From assembly GCA_000320545.1 (NCBI GenBank), contig ADNK01002103.1, forward strand, positions 1-64,000: a stretch of DNA of 64,000 bases. Reading direction: 5' to 3'. A program made the translations under genes and the position numbers. The stretch comes from Bigelowiella natans CCMP2755 (taxonomy: Eukaryota; Protista; Cercozoa). The notes under the pieces were generated by a model, which saw only the letters and a program-made list of their open reading frames with translations, had not been told where the DNA came from and did not search any database. This document shows, one piece after another, positions 39,100 to 54,228 of this stretch (positions are counted from its first letter, which is position 1; each line of letters begins with the position of its first letter).

Positions 39100-39900
39100 A
39101 CACCACGCGCCTGCAAAGGTTTTCATATAATCGATCTACCGAGCCCTTCGACTACGGTTTTTTTTCGAAAGTTGCGAGCGAGCACATGCTAGTAGCTGTG
39201 CATGTCTAGATGTACGGGATGTGTTCCAATCCGTCGAGCTGTTTGTGCCAGATACAGCATCACTGACATGATCAACGGCCTCGTAAGCACCATTATTCAA
39301 TTGCATGTGAGCAGCAGATAATACGTTACAGAAACAACGCCTTCGAATAACAATGTCGTTCACAGTCTCCAGTGTGCGAGCGCATTATCTGTATAAATGC
39401 AACAGCTGTGGTTGAACTTTTCCAATTGTTGTCGTCATCCTCATGCATTGTCTAGTCGTGCAGCGCGACCAGGATAGCAGGCCATCGTATCTGTAGGCAC
39501 AATGGACTAGTCTGTGCATTAATATGTAGCACTGCTTCCAGCGATAAAGCCAGCGCATGTAGTCACATTACGTATATCATCCAACATACGACCCCAAAAC
39601 GCTTTTCACTTTTAAATAATTTGATCGGCAGCTCCGTCGATGATATCTCTCCACACAAGCCCACACAGCAACTGTAATATAAGCATGTATCTATGCGCAA
39701 ATGTCTAAAGAAGCCCATCCAGCCCATGATGACATGTAGGACACAATAAGCATGCACACGGCGTACATCTGTAACAACGTACAGCAGAGCCCGTGGCAAG
39801 TACAAATTATGTGTTCATATTTGATGTAATCGAAGCTGAATATAGAAGATGAAGGCAGCACACGAAAGCTATGTTAAGCTAGTAATATGACACATTTGAA
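39100..39900. other. Convergent intergenic zone 6 (no bipartite element seen)
   Basis: Same composition, between the UBL-UBA (+) and TOG (-) 3' ends. Confidence 0.7.
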
Positions 39901-40044
39901 ACTACATACAATTTTGAGTCCATTTATGTGCATTGTCAGCTTTCTGCTACCTATATCCGTGTCGCCCCTAAAAATCTTTTTACAAAACTCATCCAATCGC
40001 TTCTTCACCTTCTTCTTCTTCTTCTTCTTCTTCTTCTTCTTCGT

Positions 40045-40181
40045 CTATCTCCTATTGATCTTGAGTTTACTGCGAAGCTCCGGATAGTCCTTAAGGATGC
40101 TCCTAGTACGACATATGTAAAAGCGTCAACACACACGCATATAAAGAAATCTCTCTCTCTCTTTCTCTCTCTCTCTCTCGC

Positions 40182-40218
<37 letters not shown>

Positions 40219-42623
40219 GAAATGACTTCTGGCTTTGCTCGTTGAGCTGCCTGTATAACTGGCGCTGAAGAATGAACAAACAGAAGAGTGTCAGCAACAG
40301 CACCCTTGCGTGTGTGCGTGTGTGTGTGTGCGCGCGCGTTTGTGTGCTCTAATTGCTGCTACAGAAGAAGCTAGAGCTTTGGCGACTAAACTTTCACATT
40401 GCAAAGTAGGGTTGGTAACAGGGTTATCGTCAAGAAACGTATCGAATGTTTATTCATCATATTCTTTCTGCGTCGTGGCCTCATGTAGAACCCCTTGGAG
40501 AAGGGGAAAATATGAAGTGAATGATCGGATTTGGAGCCTCCACATAAGCGTACTACTACTTTCATCAGCGTATAGAATGGTACTCATACTCATCCTGAAA
40601 AATATGAAATATGTTCAAGAGTCGAAAGATCTCGCACTACCCCTTCCGACTGCCAGTGGAGGAAAAACTCGAGGAAGAGAAATCTGCCTGCATCTTTAAC
40701 CTGGTAGAGATGGATCATAATGATGATGACGATGATGATGATGGCGACGATGTAACATACTCGGGTGGCAGGACAACTATATTGAGACTAGTGATAGTGG
40801 TTTTGGTGGTGGCAGCGACATATCATTCCATGCGATAAGATCCGTTGTTTTCCCTTCATAATCCTTCCTCTTCTCCTCGTCCCCTGTCTTCTCTTCCCTC
40901 TTCCCTCTTCTTGTTGATCATTATCATCATCATCGTCATCATCATCATCATCATGCTTTCCCAATATTGTTTATTATCAGTCAAACACACCGTGAGATCC
41001 TTGTGGCCTAAGAGGCTACTGATGCACGACTGAATGGTGACAATCTGCTTCAACCCTCCGCTTCCCAGCTGAGCTCTATCATCACCACCACCACCAGCGC
41101 CATACTCGTCGACGACTCTCCCCCCCCTCCCCCCCTTCCCTTCGTTGAAGGTGAGAGTCTCCTTGGTCATGGGCTCGAGGACGTCGACTTCCCACCGAGC
41201 CATCATCATGCGTAGATAACGAGTGCATTGGACCTTCACCTACAACGAGAACACAGCAACCGTTGTTGACGAATGATGGCAATGACGAGGAGGAGGAGAA
41301 GGAGAAGGAGGAGAAAATTAGACAGCGAGAAAAGGGGGATTTGGCGAGCTTCCAACCCAGGCTCACTCTCCGGCAAGTGTTGCTTATTCGAATGCAAGCT
41401 GCGTACAGCTCAACTTAATTAACGATGGATGATGACGAAACTACTACCTTAGGATTGTGAGCTCCGAGCCCCACAGCCATGACTAGACGGAACACGGCAG
41501 GGTGTGGGAAACTATGGATGATCTCGGACATGCACTGCTTGGCGGCCGTCGCCACGTCTCTTTTACCAGCGTTGCTCAGGTAGCAGAGCGCAGGTACCAC
41601 AGCCGCGTGCAGAGCACGGAATCTATTCACACGTCGATACGACCATAAAATACAACTGTACGGGTAAAAACGAAATGCATCCCCCCCCCCCCCCTCCCAT
41701 CCATCCTCCTATCCCGTTTCAACAACAGTGGTGTAAGGGGCCTCACTTGTTCGATCCCTTGAAGCAGCGCGCGATTTTGGCGATGGTGAGACAAGCTTGG
41801 ACGACAACCTTGACCTTTCCATCCGACAGTTGCAGCGTGAAGCATGAGGAGAACGGCGCCAGCATCGAGCCGAGCTCGGACGGGAGAACGCGTGCGGAGC
41901 ATTCCTGGACTAACTTTTCGAGGGAGACTAGGGCTGTCAGGCGCTGCTTACTTGGTAGCTTCAAGCTCATCAGCACCCCGTGGCAATCGTCGAGGGAGAT
42001 CTGTGAGGGGGGGGGAGAAAGGAAGGAGGAATAGCAATATATATATTCACCCACAATTTATGAGAGGGTCGTCGCCGTCGTTTCTGTGGCAGGATTGCGT
42101 GAGTGCGTGCGTGTGCGTGTGTATTTGCTTTCACTGACAAGCTACCCTTTCGTCCCTTGACAATTTCTTCTCGGAGAACGCCTGGTGAATCTCGAAGTGG
42201 CTGTCCTCTTCGTCCTCCTCATCGTCCACATCGCCACCACCCCTTGCCCTGCCGGCACCAGCAGCAGCTTTTGTAGAATGCGAGGAGCTTGCAAACTTGT
42301 TTTCAGCAGCACCTCTTAGCCTGTCTGAATTCTCCTCCTCTTCCTCCTCCTCCTCCTCCTCCTTCTTTTCTCTCTTAACGTAAGCGGTATGAATTGTCCT
42401 CTCTCCCCCCGCACTCTCCATTTCTTCCCTCGCTGTCATTTCCTTCGCTTCCCTTGAGTGAGCGCTCAGAGGCCGCGCCCAGTGGACAATCTTTGGAGGC
42501 AGCATCTCCCCTGTGGCGATAGTGGTGCTACAGGCTTGGCTGCTGTTACGAATGACGTTCCTACTCAATGGTTGGGTGGTAGGAAAGAGGAAGATGTGAT
42601 GATATAACATGCATATAAATAGG

Positions 42624-42663
<40 letters not shown>

Positions 42664-43094
42664 TGTGTGTGTGTGGGCAGGGGGTGTTGATTACTCACTG
42701 CTAACGTAATGAGGATTATATAAGGTTTAATACTGTCCGCGTGCTGCTGGCATAAGATGATGATGGTGAATGTGGTCATTGGCCATGGACTTAGCCATAT
42801 AGCCTGCTCGGCGTGTGCTTCCCTGTGTTTTTCCTTACGCTAAACAACGAACCTCTTCCTCCCCTTCAGAATCGAACGCTAATGAATGATGATGACAACG
42901 ACAGAGAGAGCAGCACTTATTTATGCATCGTATGCCATGTGACGACGACGCATTATCATCTACAAAACCACATAATTCTCATCGTTGGGGCCTCACCGTT
43001 TTCTTTCGAGATTCGAGAGTCATCTCCAAATCGATCTCGACAGAGTCTCCTGAGCTCATCCACTTGCGCCGATTTTGTGGGCTCCTTCTCTTCC

Positions 43095-43133
<39 letters not shown>

Positions 43134-44519
43134 TTCCACCAGGCGTTGGTGTAGACGTCTTCTTCTTGTTCTTCTTTGCCCTTGATGGCGACATATGATT
43201 CACCTAACCGTTGATGAATGGAGATAATAAAGAGATGATAAAGTATGGCTCGTCCGTCGAGAGTCAGGGAGCACTATCGGAGCAACCAATCACCACCGCA
43301 GAAAAACAGACTGCTTCTCTTCCGCCACCGTGTGTCTCTTGGTTTTTCAGAATATGAACTCAAGAATAGAGCATTGCGGTAGCACTGCAGTTTTATTTGT
43401 GATTATCCACCTTAAAGATTTCAACGACATTTCCATCATCATCGAGGGTAGATTCAGGCTCTTCTTCTCCCGGTGAAATAAGGTTGGCTCGTGGCCCTCT
43501 TTTCCCACCACTGTCTTCGTATATTCCTGCACGGGGACGGTGGGGGGGGGGGTGGGCGGTGAGATGGCAACAAAGCCAACGATGACGATGAAGTGTACTT
43601 AGCCGAACTCCCTCCTCCTCATCCTCCTCCTCCTAGTATTCTAGCAGCGTGGTACCTTGTTTGATGACAGCGGGGGTGCCAGGGCGCTGTTTCAGAGTTC
43701 GGATGAATGCCGGTGATCCCACAGCGTTCCTGTAATTCATAATTCACGATCATGTTGGCGGGGAGTGTTGCTTGCTGCACAAGGACGATTCGGATGGCTT
43801 TGTTCTTTCGAGCTAAGAGATGATTGATTTTGTTCTCTTTCATCATCATTCTCTCAAGCTTAAAGGACAACCTGCTCCCATGGTTTTTCCTACCATTAGC
43901 CGCTACTGGAGATTCGCTATTTTTTATCATCATCTTCTTCTTCTTAGATGTCGACGACGACGGTCTCTTCTTGTCCTTTTGGCAATGCGTAAACATGTGT
44001 CAGCCATCAACCATGGCCTCTACTATCATTAACTTCATCCTCAATTTCTTCTTCTTCTTCTTCTTCATCATCATCATCATCATCACCATCGAGAGCTATT
44101 TGCTAAATTGTCATAATCTGACTGGTACTCCTACTACTACTACTACTTCGACTACTATTGCTACCCTGAAGAGAGTATCTCTAAACGCGAAAGGTGTGTT
44201 CGGTCGGTTGTGATTTCCGCCAATGCCAGCACCGACGCCAGCAGCGCAATTACTGCTGCTCTCAGCCCTCCCAGCGGGTATCCAAACAGGTTCCTTGCTC
44301 GTATTTGCAACGAAGCTTAATCCCTCGTCATTCACGACGCCGCCAGTCTGAGTCTTACTGCCACTGTGGCCGTTCTCGCTGCTGGGGTTAGTGCTGTTGT
44401 TCCTCTTCGTCGCAGCGATCTTTGCGTTGGTCATCGCGCGTCGTATGCTGGAGCTCTTGGTGGGGGATCTGAATCGTACCAACACACACACACACACACA
44501 CGCGCACATACTATATATA

Positions 44520-44580
<61 letters not shown>

Positions 44581-44614
44581 AATTACATTTTTAATAAATA
44601 TGAAGTGTGTGTGT

Positions 44615-44649
<35 letters not shown>

Positions 44650-45347
44650 TAAAAATATATGTCTTATTCTTCCATGTATCTTCTTTCACGACAAGAATCA
44701 CAGATTTAACTGAGAAACTCTCCGTACACAACAGAACTAACTTTCGTCCTCTCCGCAGCGACATGGCTACTCTCTGTCGTCGTATTTTTCTACTAGGGCA
44801 GCAGGTCGGCTATTATTCATCAAATGTAGCAACTATTGCTATCACACCTACTGTTAATACGAACGTAGTCGCTGGAAAAAAGGCATGCCAAATACTAGCA
44901 TGGTAATAGTTTGATGATGCGTGTCGATAACAGGCGCATAAAAATGAAACACCTCGGCGAATTCATGGCTCGCGCCAGGTCACGGCGGAGACGCGTGTTC
45001 TCGAGCCTTGATATTATTCGGAGAAGGAGATAGAACATCGCACATAGGAAGAAATAAGGGCGGTTATCATCCACTTCCCCACACTGGTTCTTACTACCGG
45101 CAAAAAACAAACAAACTCGTGTACTAGAGTTGGGAAGGATAAAACGCAGGCGATTTGAACGTAGTTTGTCGGCACTGGGTGCATTTCGTCCATTTTCCTC
45201 TCGAGAATACATATTATATATATATAATATATAGTTTTTTTTCCATGTGATAGCAGCAGAAGGGCTATCATCCCATCGTCGCTGAGCAGTCGAATTGCAC
45301 CCACCTCAGCGTTGCTTTTTCCCCACGAAGACTTGTCAGCTGTAACA

Positions 45348-45388
<41 letters not shown>

Positions 45389-45651
45389 TATATTTATATT
45401 GTGCGTGCGTGCGTGATTGTAGCTGTGTTCCAAATGCAGCTATAAGTGTGATTTGGAACACTCTTCTGGTTTAGAATTTAGGAACATATCGGGTCCTTTC
45501 CTTAATCTTCACTCACTTCCTTCTGCAACTTTTGCACGGTAGACTTGAGCTTCTCAATCTGGAAAACATGTGCGTTGAATGAATGCCCATGAGACTATAC
45601 TGCTCTACCACACTACAGGACTTCTCCCCGACGGAAAGATAAGCAGAGATA

Positions 45652-45710
<59 letters not shown>

Positions 45711-45873
45711 GGAGAGAGGGAGAGAGAGAGAGAAGTGGGAGGAAGGTATGTCCTACTACCGATTTCCTGTCCTCTCGAAGCATTATGATAACCTTGAGAA
45801 ATCAATTCAACCCAAACACAACTTATCGATTCTTAATGTAAGCACGTGCTTCACGATGAGTTGTGTGTGTGTA

Positions 45874-45906
<33 letters not shown>

Positions 45907-47505
45907 CTTAACGCATAAATTCCGACTTTCTTCCTCTCCTGCGCCAAGCGGGCAAACTCACTGCGCTCCTGTTAGAAAGAGAACAGTTTTTACGCAATAA
46001 ATTGCAACCCCCCCCCTCTTTTGTCGTCCCCTACTACTGCTTTCTTGTGCCTTCGCTGTTGCTAGTGTGTATGTGATTGCCTGCGTGCGTGTGTGCTTTT
46101 GCATGCGTTTTGTGAATCTTTCTAGCTGACCGCATTGATATGATCGATTTGGGCTCGAAGGGACAGCAGCTCTGCGTTCTCCGACCTTAGTTCTGCGATG
46201 ATTGGTATTCGATGTTTTTATTTTTTTTATGTCGTTGTTGTTGTTGTTGCTGCTGCTGCTGCACGCTCGTACGAAGGCGTCGCAGCAGCGCATCTTCCCC
46301 AGTGTGTGGCATGCAAAGATAGACGATGTATGTGTATGAGCACACAGAGCTGGACGTGTCGTGTACATGGAACTCACAAGAAAGCAACAGCAACACCAGA
46401 AACGGCTTGCATGACAAATTCCTCTGCCATGTCTTTCATCACCCCCTTCCTCCATTTAGGGTTTTTAAGGTGCCCTCCCTACAACAACAACAACAACTGC
46501 TACTGCTGCTGCTGCTACAATTACTACCGTTGATTTTGATGTTCAGCGTATCGATTAGGAGGTCCTATTAGATGTAGAAATATTACGTCGCATTATCGCT
46601 GATAGAAATTAGATGAGAATCCATGAACAGCACCCAAGGAGTCCTTCTAGGAGGAGCTATGCACCAACCTTCTGTGGAGTGGAGGTTGCGCGTGGTGAAG
46701 ATGACTGTAATTGCTGCCTGGCCGCGTGCGGCTGATGATGCGGATTCTTCTGCAAAGGAGACCCCACATCATCTTCCTGGTGCTGCTGCTGCTTTCTCTT
46801 CAAACGAAGGCGATTGGGTGAGTTGATCCACTTGCGCGACGGCTTCTTTGCCGAGGCAGAGGACGGTGGCGGTGCTGCAGATATTTGTTTGGGATAGTAG
46901 TGGTAGCAGCGAGTAGGACAAGTGAACGGTTGGAGAGGGATCGTTTGGCGGGGGTTGATGATCGCCTTCACTATGTGGCTGTGTGTTGAAATTGTGTAGC
47001 TTACAGTATTTATGTCTTTGTTTGTTTGTGTTTGTATGTATGTGTGTGTGTGTGTGTGTGTGTGTGAGTGCGGTATCAACACACGTGTACTACCTGTTGC
47101 AGCCTTGCTCATTTTCTTTTCGTTGTTGCTTCTTCGTCCCCCCCTGTAGCTACCACTCTGTGGAGTAAATAAGCATCATCGCTGGTGTGTGCATGGGCAT
47201 GTGCATGTGCATGTGTGTATGCGTGAGTGAGTGAGTGCATTTGTGTGTGTAAAATCAAAAGGAAATGAAAGATAAACAGCGAGATGGGCATCAATCATAG
47301 ATATTTGTCCTGTTGCATTGATGTCAATGTTGTTTTCCGTAACCTTCTCGCCCCCCCCCCCTCCACCCCTCCCAATCATTAAGTACTACGAAAAGTAATG
47401 CTACCAGTTCGACTTGTTCCTCCCTATCCGGACCATGTTTCTGCTCTGAGTAGTAGTTAGGAAATGTCTAAGTAAGGGGCACACCACATCGCACAAAGAA
47501 GCATA

Positions 47506-47575
<70 letters not shown>

Positions 47576-48526
47576 TACACACACACACACCTCTTATTGC
47601 ACTATCAGGGACACCGTCTTCCTGCTCCGTACTTCTGCTGCTTCTAGGCTCCGATATGGTAGCTGTGGAACCTGCAGGGCTCTGTCGCATCTTCTTCTTC
47701 GTTCCTTTAGTAGTAATACTACTTCTACCACTACCACCGAGAGCTTTGGTGCGAATAATGTTGCTAGTGCTGCTAATTCCACTATTTCTATTGTTACTAC
47801 TGCTACCACTACTACTACTACTACTACTACCACTACTACTACCAAGGCGCTTGCCGTGGGTGCTGCTGCCGCTCTTTTTGATGTTAAACATGGCCAATTT
47901 GTTGAAATGTGTTGGATCCAGAGAAGCATTCAGTACGGTCGTAGTTGCGGAAGTCTCATTGCCATCGATACTAGCGATTGTAACAGCAGCAGCAGCAGCA
48001 GCAGTAGTAGTCGCGATAGCAGCAGCATCAACGGCCGAAGAGTTGCGGATATCACCGTCATCATAACGATGATTGTTATCATCATCACTATTCTTCTCTT
48101 CAGCGATGATTGTTGAGTTGTCATCGATGTTTTGATGTAGAATCGTCGTGCTTTCGAGGTCTGGCAAGCTAGGAGCACCACCACCATCGCCCTCGTCATC
48201 TTCGTCGTCGTTGTGTGTAGTTGTTTTCTCTCTGCGGGGCATTTTGTTGTTACTGTGCGTCTCATCAGCACGATCGATATTGTTGATTTGATGCTGGGAA
48301 CGATTGGAAAGATCCTCCTCCTCCTCCTCATGCTGCTGCTGCTGCTGCTGCCACCTTTCCTCCTCTTCCTCCTCCTCCTCGACCATTACAGTATTTTTGA
48401 CTTCTTCCTCGCCGATGTTTGCTGGATGATTAGCGATTCGCTCCTGCGTAATTTAAGAGGAAGACCGTCAAGACATTGATCCGTATATGATGCTAATATG
48501 TCTCTGTGTGTGTGCGCGCGCGTGTT

Positions 48527-48586
<60 letters not shown>

Positions 48587-48894
48587 TGCTGCTTGTAAGC
48601 CCGTAGAATATCGACCTGGAGATCAATAGATTTCTCCAATATAGATTCTAGGGAATCAAGCTTTCCTGAGGAGGATGATGGCACAGAGAAACAAGAATAA
48701 GGGGGGGGGGGAAGTATCACGATCAAGTGAATACTACTGAGGTAGTAGTAGTAGTAGTAGTGACACCAAATTCTAACGTGTGCATGATGATGATGATGAT
48801 AATATCGTGCTGCGCTTCTTAGCATGCATGGGTAGGGGTGGTGGTGGTGGTGGTGGATCCCACAACAATACAACGTTGATGTCGTAGGTGGTAA

Positions 48895-48929
<35 letters not shown>

Positions 48930-49223
48930 TTAAGTAGTTTAAACACCTTCTTCTTCTTCTTCTTCTTCTTCATCGTCCAATTCCACCGGTGCTGCATCAT
49001 CCCCAGTCTGGACTACTTTTGGGCTATTCTCACCCCTGACGACATCCTCCGAGGCTACTGCTGTTTTCAACTCATCTGAATTCCAAATACGAACACCAAC
49101 AATGTGAGGGAGTCCGGGAGGGAGGGAGGGAGGGAGGGGGGGGAGGGGTGTTAGTATACCCCCCGTCTCACGAAATATTTGAGAACTCTTATCTTGATTA
49201 AGGAACAATGTATAATCACTGAT

Positions 49224-49280
<57 letters not shown>

Positions 49281-49874
49281 CAACAACACACTAATTTCTG
49301 CTGTGTGTGTGATAGAGCAGCACCGAGAGAACTGTCGTTTCTCTGTCCAGCACTGCGTGGCGATGACTGTTTGGAGGAAGGGGGGGAGGTGGTAACGTCC
49401 TTCCTTGCAGACTTCGACTACAAAATATTCGTAAAGTTGCACATATGTCGGAGGATTTTTCAGCTGGAAAACGCCGTGGGACAAGAACCATCGGTGGTTA
49501 GTTCTTACTTATTATTCAAATTTCGAAACGATGAGAAACGCAATGTAGTTGTCCGTGCTTATACGACGACGACGACGACGACGACGACGACAGCATGGAC
49601 ATTACGTTAAGGAAATTGATGTGGTTGGTGAGGTTTTCGATCTCCATCCGCCATTCCCCAGCCTCTTCACTGCTCTGAATTCATTGCACAAAAGCGGGAT
49701 TTCGTGTCGCGCATAAGGGAAAATATACGAATGGTATCACGATGGTACGATTCTACTACTACTACAAAGTCGTAGTTGGCATAGATGTCGCCACTCGGTT
49801 GAAACGATGATTAGCTTCGGTAAGTATTGTGAATCAGTTGCATGCTATTAGCACACGCACCCACACACATGCAA

Positions 49875-49922
<48 letters not shown>

Positions 49923-50769
49923 GATAGCGCATTTGAGAGAGCGAGGGATTAAGAACAAGGGTGGTGGGGGCGACCTCGCAGAGAAATACAAGCGGTAGGA
50001 TCTCTGGGATATATTATAAGTAAGTCTATGAGCACAAAGATGTGTATTTCCACACACATCATATTTGGTTACAAGTAGTAGCACCATTCAAAGTTTACAA
50101 ATCGTAGAACAACTCTTGTTGCAATATTTTCTTTATAGTGTTTGGCTGTGTCGCAGCAGCCTCAGATTTAACGCATGCATCGACCGTATTTTAATTGTCA
50201 TTATCATCATCATCGTCGTCGTCGTCGTCACCATTATAAGTAGTAGCAGTAAGCTACGGTTACCTACCTTTTGCATCGATCCGAAAGCCATCGTTTGTCT
50301 CGCTCTTGTATCTGCAGAATTCAAGGAGGATGGCAAAGACCAGAAGTCAACACAAGGGATTTTGGAACAAGATAGTATTCGTCACGCCTCACTTCAGGGA
50401 CAACAGCTTAAGCACCTCCTCCTTTCCACCTTTCCCCCTTTTCTCCTCCTTGTCGTCATAATATTGGCAGTGGCCCCTCCACTATCACCAGCACCTCTCT
50501 ATTTCCCTACTTCTCTTATTTTGCTATCGTTAGCCTCTATCTGCTGCTGCTGCTGCTGTGTGAGGCTACTTACCTAGAAATGTCGGTTGTGCCAAGTAAC
50601 CCCAAGTGCCCTCTATACTTTGCTGGTTTGTCCCTTTGCAACAATGTCGGTCGTCATCACTTGTACCCGCCATGTGTTATCATCATTATCATCATCATCA
50701 TCACGATTGTACCAATTGCCAAGATGTCAATGCATCCTCCTCCTCCTTCTCCTCCTCCTACTACTACTG

Positions 50770-50803
<34 letters not shown>

Positions 50804-53800
50804 CGAGAAGACCACACGAGGAAGTCCGAAAAGAGCAGCAGATTCACGGGCATTAGAACTGGAGCTGCAGCAGCATCATTGTCGCCCTTCATCCACACAC
50901 AGGCACCTGTGAATTGCATCATAATTGTGACGCCGTCGCCAGAAGGAAAAAGTTTTTCGGTTGACAGCAAAGCTTTTCACCATCCATCATCATCATCATC
51001 ATCATCATCCACGAACAGTTGGAACAAGCGGAGACAACAAGCTCAGGTGGACATTGGTGATGGCTGTTTAATTGTATTTATAAATCTACACCTCTGTGCA
51101 CCAAATAGCGGTCATCACGCAAGATTGGCACTCGACTCGGAATGCCCTAGAGAAGCAGCCAGAAGGAGAAGAAAAACAAAGAGCTTCATCAACGATGGTG
51201 AAGGAAACTTACTACTCGATATCGAGGGAGGAATATAGAGATCAGGAGACATACGAGCATAACAAAATATACTATGATTATGACTTGGAACATATTATAT
51301 ATTATATAAATAATTACATATATATACACGTATATTTATACATATGTATCGCTCCTATAACCTCGATGTCCAGCAGCAATGCTGATGCTTGAAGCCAGTA
51401 CCTACAAGATAATGCGTATATCCAACAGCATTGAGAAAGCGGTATGGAGGAAGAGATACATGCTGATTTTTCGGAAGTGTCTTCTTGTGCTGGCAATAAA
51501 CAGTGGATGATGGATGAAAAGCCGTACTTTGATTGATCGATGACGTTTTTGTAGCCGTTCAGAACAGATAATGCCCTCTCTGTGGTGGGTGATGGATGGA
51601 TTTGTGAGATTGTTAGCACTGATGTCTCAGCCATATCATGCTTATTTCCCGGGTTCAAAGCAGTTGAGAGAAGAATTGCAGTCAATTTTCATGATGATGA
51701 TTGAAGGCGGTGTGGTGTAGATGAGTAGTGACGATTCAAGAAATAAGGCAACATTTGTTAATGGGGAAAGAAAGGGAAATCTTAGAAATACCCATCATTT
51801 GCGCTTCCTCATCGTGAGTGTCAGGGGCACTTAAAATTGCCTGAGTTGTTGTTGTTGTAGTTGGGACGTCATATCTTGGTTGGGAGAGTGTAAATTACTA
51901 GCCCTTTGAAGGGGTTTGGGTACTAAGAAGGATTTCTGCTTCCAGAGAAACAATATCGTTTCTCTCATCAACTGCTCTGTACCTACTTCTTCTATTGCTT
52001 TGATATATGTTAAGTATTTCATCGACGATCGCTAGCACCTACCTTTACTATCTTGATGTAGCTGTCCACTCGTCTCAGAGGAAGCGTCAGCAATGATATC
52101 ATCCTGAGATGTGCAGTATCGTTAGTTTAAGCGCAAGGAAAGAAAGAGACCAACGTAAAATAAGGTAGCTTCTGTAGATCATTTCCCATCATCATCATCA
52201 TCAACAACAACATCATCATCATTATTCGGTTCAATTGTAATTATTGACCCTGGATGCCCCTTCAGCAGTTTCTGTTGCGAAATCATCAGCGACATGAAGT
52301 TCGGCTGCAGGAAAACCACATAAGAACAGCAGCAATGATGAGATACGATGCTTATTGGTCGAAGGAAGCTTAAGGAACCACACATCTTTATGAGGGTGAA
52401 TCTTGCGCTTCTAAGTGCTTGCGTGTGAGCATATTTATACGCGCCTATATTGTCTCAATTACGTCTTTTTTGATTGTTTGAAACGTCCTGAGACACGGCT
52501 CGAACTCCAGACAGTAGTCGCAGTACACCTTTTCATGATAGTGCGAAAAAGAAATTGCTATATTAAAGATTGCTTGAGGATATTATAAAGATTGAGGAAG
52601 CCATATATTCAAGACAATTAAGAGCAGCAGGCTTTCAAGATGATGGCACCTCGAATCCGGTAACGAACTTTGTGAGTGTCTGATTTTTGCAAGATAGTAA
52701 GACCATATCAATCAACTGGCTGCCAAGGAGGTAAGGAACTCTCATTGCGAAATTTGAAAAAAAGGCTATTATTCTCAACGTCGTTGCCATAGATCATCGC
52801 CACGTCAGCACCTCGACTATGTTAGTAGCGTTTCTTGTGAGCTCGTTCAGAAGCAGGGAATGGAGACGCTGAATTAGACGAACATTTTCGAACATATTAT
52901 ATGCAAATAAAAAAAAAATGGACTCGCTAGGGTATATTCATATTCTATGTTCGGTGTTATTCGTCAACCTGAATTGGGATGAGGTACTGGCATATCGTCC
53001 CAATTTGCTCGTCCGTCGCTTCGATCCCACCCACACTATTTTGTGCAAATTGATGGACATCATCAGCAAAGCGAAGGAATACACAGTTTTTGCATTTTGC
53101 CTATATCTCTGCGAACATGTGAATTATCATCACGATGCCCAAGGCTTATCTCACAAACCTACCTTGCTTCGTCCTCCAGAGGCCTGACGTACCCCTCCAC
53201 CAACTGTGCAAGACGCAAGAGGTATGCACGCTCCGAACGGCGTAGCTCCAGTGCTATTTCAGACTTCCTCATGGCCCCCAAGCCAATCATTTGCACAGGA
53301 CTTCTTTCTAGATTACAACCTGCTTGTTGTAGGGGGAGAATCGATCAGTTACGATCGCGAAACCTACATAGTCCTCCAGAAGAGACTTCAATTTTCCGTT
53401 GTCGTACACAAGAAACGTCCATTCTTTGCCGGTTTTCGTCCCAGAACACCAAGATAGCGGGGTCTACCCGATTAGAAATGATTTTACATCGAGCGACATC
53501 AGGGTAAGATTGTCGCTACTGGGGAAAAAGCGATTTTTGCTTCCGAAGTTGGAAGTGTGTTCAGTTGGAACAGTCGAGTTGTAGTCCTCGTGTCCCCGAA
53601 CACCCTGTTACAACAGAAATCGTCTGCGATCTTCGTAGTTTTTAGCTTATTTTATTGTCGCATTCCCAAAACCAAAAGTGCACCTTTTCCTGCAGTCTTC
53701 CCAGCCGAAATTTCGCCCCCCCCCCTTTTTCACTTTGGTTGGCCTGTGCCCTCGAAAATAGCGGACAATCTCTTGAAAATTCGGATTTTGATCGAATACT

Positions 53801-53811
53801 GTAGGATACAT
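40045..53811 (-). CDS. Large multi-exon protein: N-terminal DH-PH (RhoGEF), low-complexity and coiled-coil middle, C-terminal TOG/CLASP_N HEAT domain (may be two genes)
   Basis: DH: IALELRRSERAYLLRL, VYCDYCLEFEPCL, SLLTLPLRRVDSY. PH: DRYLVHR/G, LLLFSDFLVW, EEAGEWRMEI. Coiled coil: IEKLKSTVQKLQKE, LENTRLRRDL. TOG: QRLTALVSLEKLV...LQLSDGKVKVVVQACLTIAKIA...VATAAKQCMSEII...HNPK/VKVQCTRYL. Confidence 0.65.
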
Positions 53812-54147
53812 ATAGTACCAAGCTAAAATGTCTTATAATAAAAAAATTAGCAATTATTATTGAGGGTACATCAACACAATATTTTCAACACCTGAATCCC
53901 AGTCCAATCTAAAGCCGTGTTTACAGGCATAGTCCCCACGCATACAGGGCTAGTTACTTGTATCGAAGGTGTGCGGTTTTCTTCTCGCGAGACCTAAGTC
54001 GGTACACGAGTAATAGTGTGGATTGCGTAGGTATGCCTTGCCAACACGCATAATGCTACCAGTCCAGCATTTTAAGCACCTCATTGCCAACCCATGAGTT
54101 CCCTTGCCTCCGTTAAATATGACTAAAATAGTTATCAGAGGAAAACA

Positions 54148-54197
<50 letters not shown>

Positions 54198-54228
54198 TAC
54201 TCTAAGTCGCACGTTCTCCCACAGTCCG

